DNA from: Eledone cirrhosa
Taxonomy: Eukaryota
Assembly: GCA_964016885.1 (NCBI GenBank)
Contig: OZ024740.1
Location: 337,094,001 to 337,158,000, forward strand
Reading direction: 5' to 3'
Length of the DNA stretch: 64,000 bases
Position numbers and translations under genes: made by a program. Under the pieces are notes generated by a model that searched no databases, was not told where the DNA came from, and saw only the letters and a list, made by a program, of their open reading frames with translations. Below, piece after piece: positions 25,786-40,903 of this stretch (its first letter is position 1; every line of letters starts with the position of its first letter).

Positions 25786-26465
25786 GTAACAAATAATAAT
25801 TATATCCAGTCCCCTTAGGTGTAGTCCAGTTATGGTATTCCGGGTAGTGGATGATATCAACGCTAGGCTTGGTTTGACTCAACAAGGCGTATTCATAGTG
25901 ATGTTGCGAGTATGCTGTAATTCCTATGTTGTAAACACTTGGAGTAATAATAAATCAGGAAAGAAGATTGACATGGTTTGCAATACAAAAAAGGTTTTTA
26001 ATCTCATTGCTGACAATTGTTTCTCTGAACTGGTAGGTCTAGAGATCGCTATTCGCTTGTTTTCACGTTACTCGATCGCCAATACAAAATTATAACCAGT
26101 CAGTTCTTCGGAGCATGCGAGAATGAAGAGAATATACAGGCATGAATGGAATATACAGGCTACTATATGAAGTAGTAATGGCATTCAGTTAGAACAATAA
26201 CAACAATTACAACAATGCTAGTAATAAATTATTTGAGGAGACCCTGACATTACATTAGGTGGGGGGTATAGTGTATCTAAGATTTCGGCGTGTAAAGCTA
26301 GCTGACATGAAGTAGAAGTATAAGTTTGGCATGTCGTAGGGTGTATTGTATCAATTTTAAAGATAAGCCGGTGTTTATCACCAATATAGGTCAGGTGGCC
26401 GTAATGTTCAGTATTTATCTGACCGACGAAGTATTTATCATTGAGTAGAATTTGTGTGGTCTACA
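25786..26465 (-). mobile_element. solo-LTR-like sequence (boundaries uncertain)
   Basis: Begins gtaacaaataat like 13056, ends ...ctaca; related fragment at ~48150-48315 (cttgttgagtcaaac). Confidence 0.4.
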
Positions 26466-26948
26466 TTAGATGAGAATACAGTCTTTCTTTTCATCTTCAA
26501 TAACATACATGTATGGGACAACACTGTCAAAGCTAAATAGTGGACGAGTTAATACAGAGGTTAAGGAGGCAATACATATATATATATATATACATATATA
26601 TACACACATATACACACACACATATATATACACACGCATGTGTACATAGACACATACATACACATCAGTATACACTCGTACAAATACATATATATATGCA
26701 AAGAGATAAACATGCTGACTGTAATTATGGCAAAAGGAAGGTAAAGTTACATTGTAGTAGTGATTTGAGAAATTCTTGGATTTAGGATCAAGTGATGGCA
26801 GCAGCTGAGAAGAAATAAGTTTATGGGTTGATGAGGTACTTACAGACATTTGTGTGGTAAAGACTTGTGAAGGCTAGAGTGTACTTAATGAGTATATTTC
26901 TGTGGTGATTTATGCAGGGTAGTGGGTATCCTAGTTTAAAGCTATGTT

Positions 26949-27415
26949 GCGTTGGTTCGATTCACGGAGGTTTGAATCTTATGAATTTAGTGGCAATTCT
27001 ATGTCCATGGCGAACAGATGTCTCGATTCGAGCCTAGTATACATGTGCACGGTCAACTCGGATAACTCCACCTGGCATTACATAGGATCCACCCCGGGTT
27101 CTTTTAAAAAAAGATGGTATGTGCACAGACACTCAATGAAAAACCGTGCACTTATGGGTACCACAACCCTCGCCAAAAAAATATGGGAACTGAAGGACAG
27201 CAGCACTAACTACAGCATTAACTGGTCGAAGTTGTCGGCTGCTAAAACCTATAGTACAGGTATGTCCCACTGCGGGCTATGTGATCTAGAACTAATGTAT
27301 ATCCTCAAAAATGTAAAAAGGCTACTTAACAATAAGTTAGAAAGCTCTATCTTCTGCAGACATAGAATTGCCACTAAATTCATAAGTTTCAAACCTCCGT
27401 GAATCGAACCAACGC
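26949..27415 (+). mobile_element. Penelope-like element 3' end: GIY-YIG endonuclease with a 57-bp inverted terminal duplication
   Basis: LVYMCTV...YIGST..SFKKRW..H...TTLAKKIWELK...CGLCDLE...LLNNK...CRH...KPP*; 26949-27005 is the reverse complement of 27359-27415 (1 mismatch). Confidence 0.9.
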
Positions 27416-27657
27416 TGAAGCATGGAACAAACTGCCTGCGTCAGTTGTTAGCTGCCGAGACACTGCATCCTTTAAAACCCTCATGCTTCCCGAAATTCGC
27501 CAAAACTACACCTGATGTCCCACTTCCATACACATGCACACATGTGTATATCATGGCTCATGCACTGTTCATTTTCCTGACGTTCGTACATTACCCTATG
27601 TACTATACATACACTTTTGATGAGTTGTAGTGCACCTGAGCACTGTACACAATATTT

Positions 27658-27728
<71 letters not shown>
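27416..27728 (+). mobile_element. CR1-type LINE 3' fragment with long (TTA)n tail
   Basis: EAWNKLPASVVSCRDTASFK motif and shared 3' UTR. Confidence 0.8.
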
Positions 27729-27731
<3 letters not shown>

Positions 27732-27732
27732 G

Positions 27733-27790
<58 letters not shown>

Positions 27791-28057
27791 GTTTCTACTT
27801 TTGGCACAAGGCCAGCAATTACCCAGTGCATTACTGGTACTTTATTTTATCGACCCTGTAAGGATGAAAGGCAAAGTAAACCTCGGCGGGATTTGAACTC
27901 AGAATGGCAAGGACCGTGTAAGTATATATAAATACAGATATAGATATATGTAATACACACACCCATGCACACACATATATCAATGACAAGAATTTTCTTA
28001 TAATAAAAACGTTTCCAAGGCTACAAAGAAGACTATACCATCTGTATTACATCACAC

Positions 28058-28135
<78 letters not shown>

Positions 28136-28291
28136 TAGGAAAATGAGAAAAAAAGGAGAAAATGCTCATAGGATTTTCTTATAGAATAACAGTAAAACAT
28201 TTTTTTTAAAGTAATTTATCATATCGGTTTCAGCCGATAATTATTTCGGCTTTCTACAGGAAATATGATAAAAAGTATATAATAAAATTAA

Positions 28292-28386
<95 letters not shown>

Positions 28387-28520
28387 TTGCATAAAATGTT
28401 CGTAATATTAAATATTATCCAAATACAAGTTTGAGAATAGCTCAATGTAAAATAACAAATATCTTACAGAGCCAAAATACTTTATAAACAAATATCGAAA
28501 AGTGTTTAGAACATTTAATC

Positions 28521-28565
28521 ACTGACGATTGTTTCATCCTAGCACAAGGCAGATATCATCAGAGT
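28521..28565 (-). ncRNA. minimal type-I hammerhead ribozyme, intact core
   Basis: Minus strand: ACT-CTGATGA-T-ATCT...GGAT-GAAA-C-AATC-GTC-AGT; stem I ACT/AGT, GUC cleavage triplet. Confidence 0.7.
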
Positions 28566-28681
28566 ATATAATAAAGATTAAAGCACAAATATAATATCAG
28601 AAGTTTGTCGTAAGAACATTTTTTGAGGATACATAATATGGGAAGTAAGCATAAGTATCAATATTTATATATATATATAAA

Positions 28682-28757
<76 letters not shown>

Positions 28758-28793
28758 GTGAAAAATAACCGAGAGAAAGTATAAAGAAAAAAA

Positions 28794-29061
28794 ATGAAAT
28801 CGAAAATGCAACTGGAGTCTTATTTTTAAAAAAATATATATATTTATTTGGTTCCTTTACCGGTTTCGCAGTTCTTCTGCTTTTCAAAAGTAGAGTTGAG
28901 ATGGAGGGTCTGTGGTTTTTCTCACATCTGTGAGAAAAACCACAGACCCTCCATCTCAACTCTACTTTTGAAAAGCAGAAGAACTGCGAAACCGGTAAAG
29001 GAACCAAATAAATATATATATTTTTTTAAAAATAAGACTCCAGTTGCATTTTCGATTTCAT
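28794..29061. repeat. perfect palindrome, 133-bp arms, 2-nt loop, between (TA)n/(TC)n tracts
   Basis: 28794-28926 is the reverse complement of 28929-29061; mirrored ORFs in the ORF track confirm it. Confidence 0.95.
28965..29000 (+). ncRNA. minimal type-I hammerhead ribozyme, U3-A8 core variant (mirror copy at 28855-28890, -)
   Basis: CTT-TTGAAAA-GCAG-AAGAA-CTGC-GAAA-CCGG-TA-AAG; stem I CTT/AAG, stem II GCAG/CTGC, palindromic stem III ACCGGT, GUA site. Confidence 0.7.
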
Positions 29062-29064
29062 CTT

Positions 29065-29144
<80 letters not shown>

Positions 29145-29569
29145 GTATATATATATAATAGCTGGACTACAGAATTATGTTTAAAATATAAATTGGATAT
29201 TTTTTTTAATGGAGACAAAAGAGAATCAGGAGAGTTAAATGAAATCCAGTCACATATATCCCAACTGCTCACATGCACACACACACACACACACGAATAC
29301 ATACGCAAATATGATTATAAATGGGAAGAGATCCTTTTTATTAAGCATGTCAACTTGACAAAGAAGTATCCCACAGGGACTTCAATTGAAAACAGGTTGG
29401 AGGGGACATCCTTTGATGATATACACCAGTAGAAGACATACATATATGCCTACATACATATACATATATACATGCATACATACACACATATATACACATA
29501 TGCACATGCATACATACATATCATCATCATCATCATCATCATCATGACACCCACATACATGTTAATTGC

Positions 29570-31525
29570 TACTTCTTTTCAGAAGAGTGCCATCCCTTCA
29601 TTGAACATTGTATGATAATGTACAGGCAGGTCACTTTTCAGACCAGCTGTTTTGCAAGCATGTTCACATATGTGACACTTGAACTGTCTGTCTCCTGGCA
29701 CCACCAGCTGGGCTTTGTCTTCAAGTATTTTACCATGTCTAGTCAGTCCACCAGCTGACTTGCAAATTGAGCCACACCCATTGTAAATGTGCGGCAGAGG
29801 GTCTGGTGGTAGAACCATCTCACAAGTGGCTTGATTTCTTCCTGGCTCATGTGACTTTAGATGGTTGATAAATCCAGCTCTTGATAGAAGAAATCAGCCA
29901 CATACATTGCACCTCAATTCCTGCTGGATTTTTGCAGGCACTGCACTCGGGTCTTGCCTATGGAGTGAATGATTAAAAGCAGCATGCTCCATTTGCTTTT
30001 GTTCAAAGACATCACATCCATACTTGATGATCATTCTCCATGATGTATGGCTTTCAGTCAGTCTCTCTCTGTTATCCAGATCAATCTTCAGTGCTTTAAG
30101 ATAAATTTTTATGACATCTTTAAGTTGCTTCTTTGGTTTATGCTGTGGCCTTTTCCCTCTGGTCAGCTCCCCATAAAATATCTGTTTAGGAAGCTTTCCA
30201 TCTTCCATTCTGACCACATGACCAGCCCAACACATTTGGTTCATAATTAATCACTTCTTAATGCTGGTGTTGCCTGCTTTCACAAGTACACCAGAATCAG
30301 GTGTGTAAGAGGATCACATGATGTTCAAGATGCATCAGATACAATGCTGATGAAACATTTCCAACTGCTTGATATAATGCCTGGAAGTTGTTCACATTTC
30401 ACACCAGTATAGCAGGGCTGTAAGAACACAGGCCTCATATACAGAGCCTTATATACAGGCCTCATATACAGAGCTTTATGTCTTTCATGATACCCCAATC
30501 TGATCTGACTCGTGTATCAAGCTTCCTGAAAGCAAAACCCACTTTCACAATCCTGTCATTTATTTCAGCATTGAGGATGCCATCTCTACTAAGTGTACTT
30601 CTGAGATACACAAAGCTGTCTTCCCATGAGAATGTCTGGCTCCACATACACTTCTCCAACTGGTGGAGTGTACATGATCTTTGTATTTTATATGCTAATA
30701 TTTAATCCAAATGTAGTGCATGCATTGGAGAAGGTGTCCAATATTGAATGCATGTCCTCTACTGTGTAAACCACAAAATCTGTGTCATCACAATAAAGGA
30801 ACTCCATGAAAGGAGTGCCAAATGTTTTGGACTTGGTGTTAAAACGTCTTAGATTAAAGACTTTGCCAGAGGTTCTAAATCTCAAGTATACACTGATTTC
30901 AAAGTCTTGGAATGCATATGACAGCAGCATGGTGATGTAGCTGAAGAACAGAGTGGGTGCAAATAGAACTAGCCCATGAATGGTCATAACAACAATTTTC
31001 TTCCAAAGCAGATCAACTTTTCCTATGTTAATCTCTTTGATAGTAGACTTTATCTCAACAATGGTTGGATCATTCTTCATGTCTGTCACAGTCTTCTTTT
31101 GCAGCAGTCTATTAATAATTTCCTCAATAACTACTGATGGATTATCAAACATCTTTAAAGTGTTCAGTCTGCTGACTCATGATTCCTGCTGGATATTTGA
31201 TGAGGACATTCCTATCTATTAACTTCAATGGTTCCACTTTTAAGGGCTTTGGGCCCCAAACTGGTTTTGTTGTGCTGTATAGTGCCTTCAAGTCTCTTCA
31301 ATTATAAGCTCTCTACATCTCTCCTGAAACTTCAGACCACCAGTTATTCTTCATGTTTCGAGTTTTACATTGCAGTTTTCACTTTGTTTCTTTGAAAGCC
31401 TTCTCACATAGCTTGTTTTTCTCTTCAATGACCCTAGTGATTCAGCATCATTATAATTAAACAAGTCACAGTATTTTGTCTTCTTGAGACCAGGTACATC
31501 AGCCCCAGCACTGTAAGCCAGTGTT
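29570..31525 (-). pseudogene. decayed RTE/BovB-type LINE ORF2 with C-terminal C2H2 zinc-finger relics
   Basis: APTLF, FRTSGKVFNLRRF, EFLYCDD, WAGHVVRMEDGKLPKQIFYGEL, then CNVC...H, CGSICKS.GGLTRH and FKCHIC motifs; stops and deletions. Confidence 0.85.
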
Positions 31526-32004
31526 TTTAATTGTTCCCAAGTTCTATCATTAGCATTGTTGTCAAGTGCATTATGAAGAGCAATTTGGAAAAAGGTACAT
31601 CACCACAAAATTTATGGGTAGAATATAGTTGATTAAATCTATCCCCAAATTTGACTAATATTTGTTTTATGGCAGAATGATAGCCAGGGACCATGGTAGA
31701 TAGGAAACATGGCCTTAAAACACTTTCTGCTTTACTGGTAATAGCAATAACAATGATTTCTGACAGGCACACCACAAAAAAAATTTATGGATAGAATATA
31801 GTTGATTAAATCTAACCCCAAATTTGACTAATACTTATTTTATGACAGAATGATAGCCAGTGACCATAGTAGGATTTGATCACAGACGCTAAATGGATGT
31901 AACTCAACGCCATGGATAATTTTGTTAGAAGTTCCACAAGATCATCACCACATCCCCCAATCACTAAGTCTAAGTCTAAAAAGTCTAAAGTCTGTCATAA
32001 GTCA

Positions 32005-32272
32005 TTTAAGTCTTGTTAGGTCGGTGCTTATTCCAGTTTCATGGCATGAAGCAACTGAAAGTACAAGACTTCCCTCTGGACAGGATGCCAGTCCATCACA
32101 GGATTAAACCCCCAGCTATTACTGGTACTCATTTTCAGCTGAGTATACTGGAGCAACGTGAAATGTAGTGTTTTGTTCAAGAACACAACATGTAACCAGC
32201 CCAGGAATCAAACCCATAATATTATGATCTTAAGTCCAACCTCCTTACCACTAGGCCACGCACCTCCACTTG
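32005..32272 (-). mobile_element. tRNA-derived SINE (family B-type head, different tail)
   Basis: Minus strand tggaggtgcgtggcctagtggtaagg...cttgaacaaaacact...ttgctccagtatactcagctg. Confidence 0.65.
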
Positions 32273-32582
32273 TAATAATTATTTCTATCATAGACATAAC
32301 AACCAGAACACTTCAATGAATATTAGCACATGATTGATATTAAGCAATTGACTTTAATTAATTATTGTGATATCAATTATCCAGCATATCTTTCTGAAAG
32401 ACACTAGCTACTTTGTGACATGAATGTTGATATTTTATGGTTACCTAAAATAACTTTCTTAACCTCATATAAATTTCTATAGATTATATATAATCTATTA
32501 ATTCTGATTTATATAGTAACAATTTCTAAATTTCAAAACATTATAACATTTGATTCAACTATCAATAAATCATTGTATGATA

Positions 32583-32625
<43 letters not shown>

Positions 32626-32649
32626 ATATTATATTATATTATATTATAT

Positions 32650-32680
<31 letters not shown>

Positions 32681-33437
32681 ATATCATATTATATATATAT
32701 ATATTTATATATACAATCTATTTATTTAAATTTCAATGAATATTCTGCTTTTCCTTTAACTAAAATATTTTCAGTCAATTTGTCTTTTGACCAATTTGCT
32801 TTACTATGAATATATATATATATTTTAAAAAAATATGTCTGATACTAGTTTGTTTTTTAGCCTATATGCTTCTGGTCAATGTGGTTTTGCTAAATGTATT
32901 TTCAATGAATATTCCTAGAGCCACACACGCACACACATAAACATAAATGCACTCACACACACACACATATATATATACATATATATGTAGACATGCACAC
33001 TCACACACACACATATATATATACATTAACACACACATAGATGTATGTGTACATAGTATGGAGGTAACAGAGATTGCATAAACATGTACATAAATATACA
33101 TATTTTTAGTATATAGGCATGTAAACATGTCAAATATATGTATTTCCCTGTAAACTGGAAAAAAATGATAAATATTTTAATTGATTTTCAAATCTAGTTG
33201 GGCTCTTCATCAGAAGTTTTGTATATCATCTAAACAACCATAAGGGAATACATAACTGAGGGGGATATATACCCTACCACTTATAGAAGTATACTGAAAT
33301 GGATATACTAATTTACATATCAGTACTTGAGCTGGTAGTTGATTAAGACATATGTTAAGTTGTCTTGTAAGCAGCTGAAGTATATGATAAGGTTATATCT
33401 GTACATATACAGTGTAAATGAAATGTATGTATGTATG

Positions 33438-33855
33438 TGTTCTGGTTTCATAATTTTATGAATTTTTACCAATAGAGAGAAAGTCGGTTTCTAACATAGA
33501 TACAAGAGTCTCTCATTGGAATTTAAACAACATCAACTAAGTAGATATGTATGCATATCTGCATGCATGCATGTGCAGATATGGATGTTATTATATGTGT
33601 GGATGTGTATGTTTTGAGTTATATGTGTGCATGTGCATATGTTTTGTATCTGTACATATGTATATGCAGTTATTATTTGCAGAATTTTTGGAATGTTTTA
33701 CATATTTTTACTGTTGCATTAATGGATTGTACTTGTAATTTCCTAACTAGTTGTGTTCTTTCTGTTTCTGTGAAGCCTAGCTTCTCAGGATTTGCACTGA
33801 GGCAGTTACTAACATATGCTAGTGCCCCAGTAATCACAGGTATAAATCTGAAGGT
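33438..33855 (-). mobile_element. R4/Dong-like RLE retrotransposon 3' fragment in (ATGT)n
   Basis: Homologous to 54961-55375; ATGT repeats on both flanks. Confidence 0.8.
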
Positions 33856-34059
33856 ATGTATGTATGTTATATCATCATCATCATGAACATTATCATCATT
33901 TAATGTCCATTTCCCCTGCTAGTAAAAGTTGGTATTAGGAAGGGCATCCATCCGTAGAAAACCCGCCAGACAGTCCTATATGAGCAAGACAACCAATCTT
34001 GCCTCACATGGGACAATTCCCGTCTAAACCCATGCTAGCGTGCAAAATAGACGTTAAAC

Positions 34060-34095
<36 letters not shown>

Positions 34096-34217
34096 ACAGA
34101 CATACTAGCATGGATTCACATTCATATATATGTATGCAAAAGGTAAATGGAAACAACAAAGCAAACAATACAATGAAAAATATATTAGTTTAATGATTGA
34201 TATAGTAGGAAAAGAGT

Positions 34218-34251
34218 CTTTACCTTTCAGATATAAGTCTTTCATCAGAAG
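34218..34251 (-). ncRNA. minimal hammerhead motif (stem III mutated)
   Basis: CTT-CTGATGA-A-AGA-CTTATA-TCT-GAAA-GGTA-AAG; same repeat family as 45470-45600. Confidence 0.5.
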
Positions 34252-34384
34252 TTAGAATGAGAAATAAAAGATGAAATAGAGGAAATAGAAAGATAGTGAG
34301 AAGAGGAAGGAACAGAAAAAAAGCCATGTTACAGGCCAATATCATATTCAACATTCAGAAAAACGTAATGGATCCTCAGGGGAT

Positions 34385-34503
<119 letters not shown>

Positions 34504-34504
34504 T

Positions 34505-35210
34505 TCAGAGAGCTTATACCACTATTAGCCGCTAAAGGGTTCTCTCTAAAAATAAAAGGCAGGCTGTATGATGCCTGCATACGAACAGCAATGTTACATG
34601 GCAGTGAGACCTGGGCATTGTGTGCAGAGGATATATGCAGACTGGAGAGGAACGAAGCTTGCATGCTCCGCTGGATGTGTAATAGTAATATACGTGAACG
34701 GCAAAGCATAAACGAACTAAGGGAGAAATTAGGAATAAGAGGGATCAGATGTTGTTTACTCGAGAGAAGACTACGTTGGTATGGTCACGTGATGCGCATG
34801 AAAGACGACAGCTGTATAAAAAAGTGCAGGGCAATAAAAATAGATGGTAGCCACAGAGTAGGCAGACCCAGAAAAACCCGGGACGACTTGATAAATTCCG
34901 ACCTCACACACTCACACCTCTCCAAGACAATGTCACTGGACCGAGATCTTTGGCGCTACACAGTAATACAGAAGACCCGCCTTACCTAAGTACAAAGTGA
35001 AACCTACTACAGTCAGTAGCCACCTCTAACAAAATATACCCCCGTCCCACTACCCCCACCCCAACCACACCACCCCTTTCAATGTAAAGTTATGTTGGTA
35101 CCACAACATCCAGTCCGAATCAAATGAGGTCGTGTAGGTGTCACGACAAAAAAAAACACACAGTCCACGCTGTAATGTGGCCGTGTAGGTAACACGGTAA
35201 AAACCTCCCA
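34505..35210 (+). mobile_element. RTE LINE 3' fragment
   Basis: MLHGSETWAL...RRLRWYGHVMRMKDDSC...GRPRKT, followed by UTR. Confidence 0.9.
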
Positions 35211-35351
35211 ATATATATATATTGTTTGGCCTCTATAACCTATGTTTATTGCTCTGGTCTTTTTTTAGTCCATGCCGCATAACTTGGAAATTGTTTCACT
35301 TTGTTTTCGACCACTGCTGAAATTCGATCTTGCTGAAATTATATTTGTATA

Positions 35352-35428
<77 letters not shown>

Positions 35429-35433
<5 letters not shown>

Positions 35434-36984
35434 GTCCCCCGGTCCATTATCTGGTGGGCTCTTAGAAAACTAGGTGTAGATGAATAGCTTGTTGTGAGAG
35501 CTATACAAGCTATGTATATGAAACAGCCAGTAAGGTTAGAATTAACAATGAATATTGTGAAGAATTTAGTGTAAAAGTTGGCGTTCATCAAGGCTCTGTC
35601 CTTAGCCCCCTCTTATTTATTATTGCCCTTTAGGCTATAACAGAGGAGTTCAAGACCGGCTGCCCATAGGAACTCCTATACGCAGATGATCTAACGCTCA
35701 TAGCTGAATCAATGGCTGAACTAGAGGAGAAATTCGAAACATGGAGCATGGCCTAGAATCAAAAGACCTTAAAGTTAACTTGTCTAAGACTAAAGTTCTA
35801 GTTTGTAGAAAGGAAAATAGGGCACAGGTGCCCTCAGAGAAATGACCTTGCTCAGTGTGTAGGAAAGAAGTAGGCAGAAATTCCATTTTATGTCCCAAAT
35901 GCAAAGTATGGGTACGTAAAAGATGTAGTGGGATCACAGGTAAACTATCTAAGAACGTAGACTTTATATGTGGCCAATGCTCAGGTGCAATAAGTAGCAA
36001 GTGTCCAAAGGATACTAGCTCTTTCCATTGCCCAGATGGTTCTATAGAAATGGTAGACACTTTCCATTACCTGGGTGACGAAATCAGCAGTGGTGGAGGG
36101 TGTTCTGAAAGTACAGTAGCCAGAGTCAGAACGGGATGGAAAAAGTTCAGAGAGCTTATACCGCTGTTGGCCACAAAAGGTTTCTCTCTAAAAATGAAAG
36201 GCAGATTGTATGATGCCTGTATACGAACAGCAATGCTACATGGCAGTGAGACCTGGGCATTACGTGCAGAGGACCTGCGTAGACTGGAAAGGAACGAAGC
36301 ATGCATGCTCCGTTGGATGTGTAATAGTAATATACGTGAACGGCAAAGCATAAATGAACTAAGTGAGAAATTAGGAATAAGAGGGATCAGATGCTGTTTA
36401 CTTGAGAGAAGACTACGTTGGTATAGTCACGACAGCTGCATAAAAAAGTGCAGGGCGATCAAAATTGATGGTAGTTACGGAGTAGGTAGACCCAGAAAAA
36501 CCTGGGATGATCTGATAAATTCCGACCTCACACACTTACATCTCTTTAAGACAATGTCTCTGGACCGAGATCTTTGGCGCTACGCAGTAATACAGAAGAC
36601 CCGCCTTGCCTATGTACAAAGCGAAACCTACAGTCAGTAGGCACCTCTTAACCAAATATACACCCCAATCTACTACTACCCTATCCTCCCACTCCCACCA
36701 ACAGCACGAGAAAATGAGATCGAGTTCGTGTAAGTGTCACGACAAAAAAACACACAGTCCACGCTGTAATGTGGCCGTGTAGGTAACACGGTAAAAACCT
36801 TCCAGTCCACACTGTAAACGTGGTTGGTGTTAGGAAGGGCATCCAGCCGTAGAAAACCTGCCAGATAGTCCTATATGAGCGAGACACGGTCACCCGACCA
36901 GCCTTGCCTCAAGTAGGACAACTCCCGTCTAACCCATGCTAGCGTGGAAAATGGACGTTAAACGAAGATGATGATGATGATGAT
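35429..36984 (+). pseudogene. 5'-truncated RTE LINE (RT C-terminal half, PHD-like finger, UTR, tail) with stops
   Basis: GVHQGSVLSPLLF, ELLYADDL, CSVC..CPKC motifs; (GAT)n tail; starts at (TA)n. Confidence 0.9.
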
Positions 36985-37044
36985 TAATATTAACACTTTG
37001 TACTGCCTCTTCGTTTCGTTGTCGTTTTTTTGTTTTCTGTTTCA

Positions 37045-37230
<186 letters not shown>

Positions 37231-37419
37231 GTTTCTACTTTTGGCACAAGGCCAGCAATTATCCCAGTGCATTACCGATGTTTTATTTTATCAAACCTGT
37301 AAGGATGAAAGGCAAAGTTAACCTCGGTGGTATTTGAACTCAGACTGTTAAGGGCCACAACTCTATGCTGCAAATCATGGTCGGAAGCCATGATTTGCAG
37401 CATAGATTTATATATATAT

Positions 37420-38991
<1,572 letters not shown>

Positions 38992-39019
38992 GTTTAGTGG
39001 TTGACAACTATATATATAT

Positions 39020-39442
39020 ATCAAAATGAAGCAACGGAGTCAGAAACTAGCATTAGTCCCTGTAATTCATGAGCTCAAAGGATAAAGAATCCTGGGCTCT
39101 TCAAATATAATATAGAGAAGAAAACACACAAGAGAGAGTTTGTGTTTATCCGGTTACAGTGGATGCCACTAACGTATGGAACTTATAAACTAAGAAAGGT
39201 GAGGTAGATACATTATAATTAAAAAGATAAATTAAAATGAAACAACCCACCTTTATAACTATATATCACACACGTACAAACTCAGAGAGAATGTTTCACC
39301 AGAAATCAATGTTACAATTGCAACATTGATTTGTTTGTACGTGTGTGATATATAGTTATAAAAGGTGGGTTGTTTCATTTTAATTTATCTTTTTAATTAT
39401 AATGTATCTACCTCACCTTTCTTAGTTTATAAGTTCCATACG
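39020..39442. mobile_element. repeat of the 3240/43280/45820 family with inverted duplication (39173-39281 vs 39333-39442)
   Basis: Shares gagctcaa...gggctcttca...atagagaagaaaacac and tttataactata with 3240-3450; ~108-bp arms around a smaller hairpin. Confidence 0.75.
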
Positions 39443-39649
39443 CCCAGGGGCCTCGTTTGCCTTAAAAAGGTGAGGGGCAACATTTGTTGGAGCATGTTAG
39501 TATTGCTTATGGTGCCTTTCCTGGACCCTATCACATATGTAAAATTTTATGCTAATTAAATTTTATATATTCAAATGAAGTTCAAATATAAAATAAATAA
39601 GCTTAAAAAGAATCTATTATATCAAGTAAACAAAGTATAAAACATAGAC

Positions 39650-39875
39650 GTTTTCACAAAACTTGACACACGGGCTACGTTTGTCTTACAGATATATGTT
39701 AACTCTCAGAATTGGCACATATTGGGTAGGGGACCCCTGGGGGCAGGAACCCCCTTTTGGAAAAAGCCGATGATTTTGTAAAAGTACAGTTTTCGAAGCA
39801 GCACTGAAGTATTGACATAAATGGTATACACAACTGCTATTTAATATCCGAGCAACGCCGGGTACCTCTGCTAGT
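39650..39875 (-). mobile_element. Helentron-like element terminus
   Basis: ccgagcaacgccgggtacctctgctagt end; near-identical inverted copy at 43705-43927. Confidence 0.65.
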
Positions 39876-40709
39876 ATATATATATATTGGAAAATGTGTG
39901 AGATCCTTGGTACAGTTAGGTATATTTGAAAAAAAGAAAAAGAATGACTTCACTTGTAGTTCTAAATAATTTGATTTAATTTTATAATATAATATTTTTT
40001 TTCAAATAATATTTTTTTCAAATAATATTTTTTTCAAATAATATTTTTTTCAATTTTTTTTTCAAATATATATATATATGCGCAGTATGACAAGAAGCTT
40101 GCTTCCCAACCACATGTTTCCGGGTTCAGTCCCACTGCCCGGGCCAACCAAAGCCCTGTGAGTGGATTTGATAGACCGAAACTAAAAGAAGCCCATCGTA
40201 TATATGTATATATATGTGTCTGTGTGTGTGTGTGTGTGTGTGTGTAGAAGAGGGTCTCAAACTCAAGGGCACAAAAGAGCCATTATGTCCTGGAGGAGAG
40301 GCCCAGTGGGCCAAATGTGGTGGTGGGCGATGATTTTCACCAGTTATAATCATTTCTACTATAGGTACAAGGCATTAAATTTAGGGTTTAGGGTCCCGTC
40401 GATTACATCGATCCCAGTACACAACTGATACTTAATTTATCGACCCCAAAAGGATAAAAGGCAAAGTCGAGATCGGCAGAATTTGAACTCAGAACGTAAA
40501 AACAGAATAAGTACGGCTAAGCATTTCGGTAGATGTGCTAACGATTCCACCAGTTCACCGCCTTATTTTCACTAGTTATAATGCAATCTAAAATATTGGT
40601 TCTACCACGGTCCATAGAAAAGTAGTTCGCAGACCGCATGTTTGAGCCCCCTGTTGGAGATAGATAGATAGACGTGTACCAAACACACACACACCTCTTA
40701 CTCTCTCTC

Positions 40710-40871
<162 letters not shown>

Positions 40872-40903
40872 ATGTTGAGAAGGTAAAACACCAGAGAGAG
40901 ATA

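Noticed and set aside
25820-26465. LTR boundary at TGTAGTCCA...TGGTCTACA with TTAGG/TTAGA TSD
   Set aside because: Homology with ~48150-48315 and 13056 extends left to ~25786, so this neat boundary may be coincidental.
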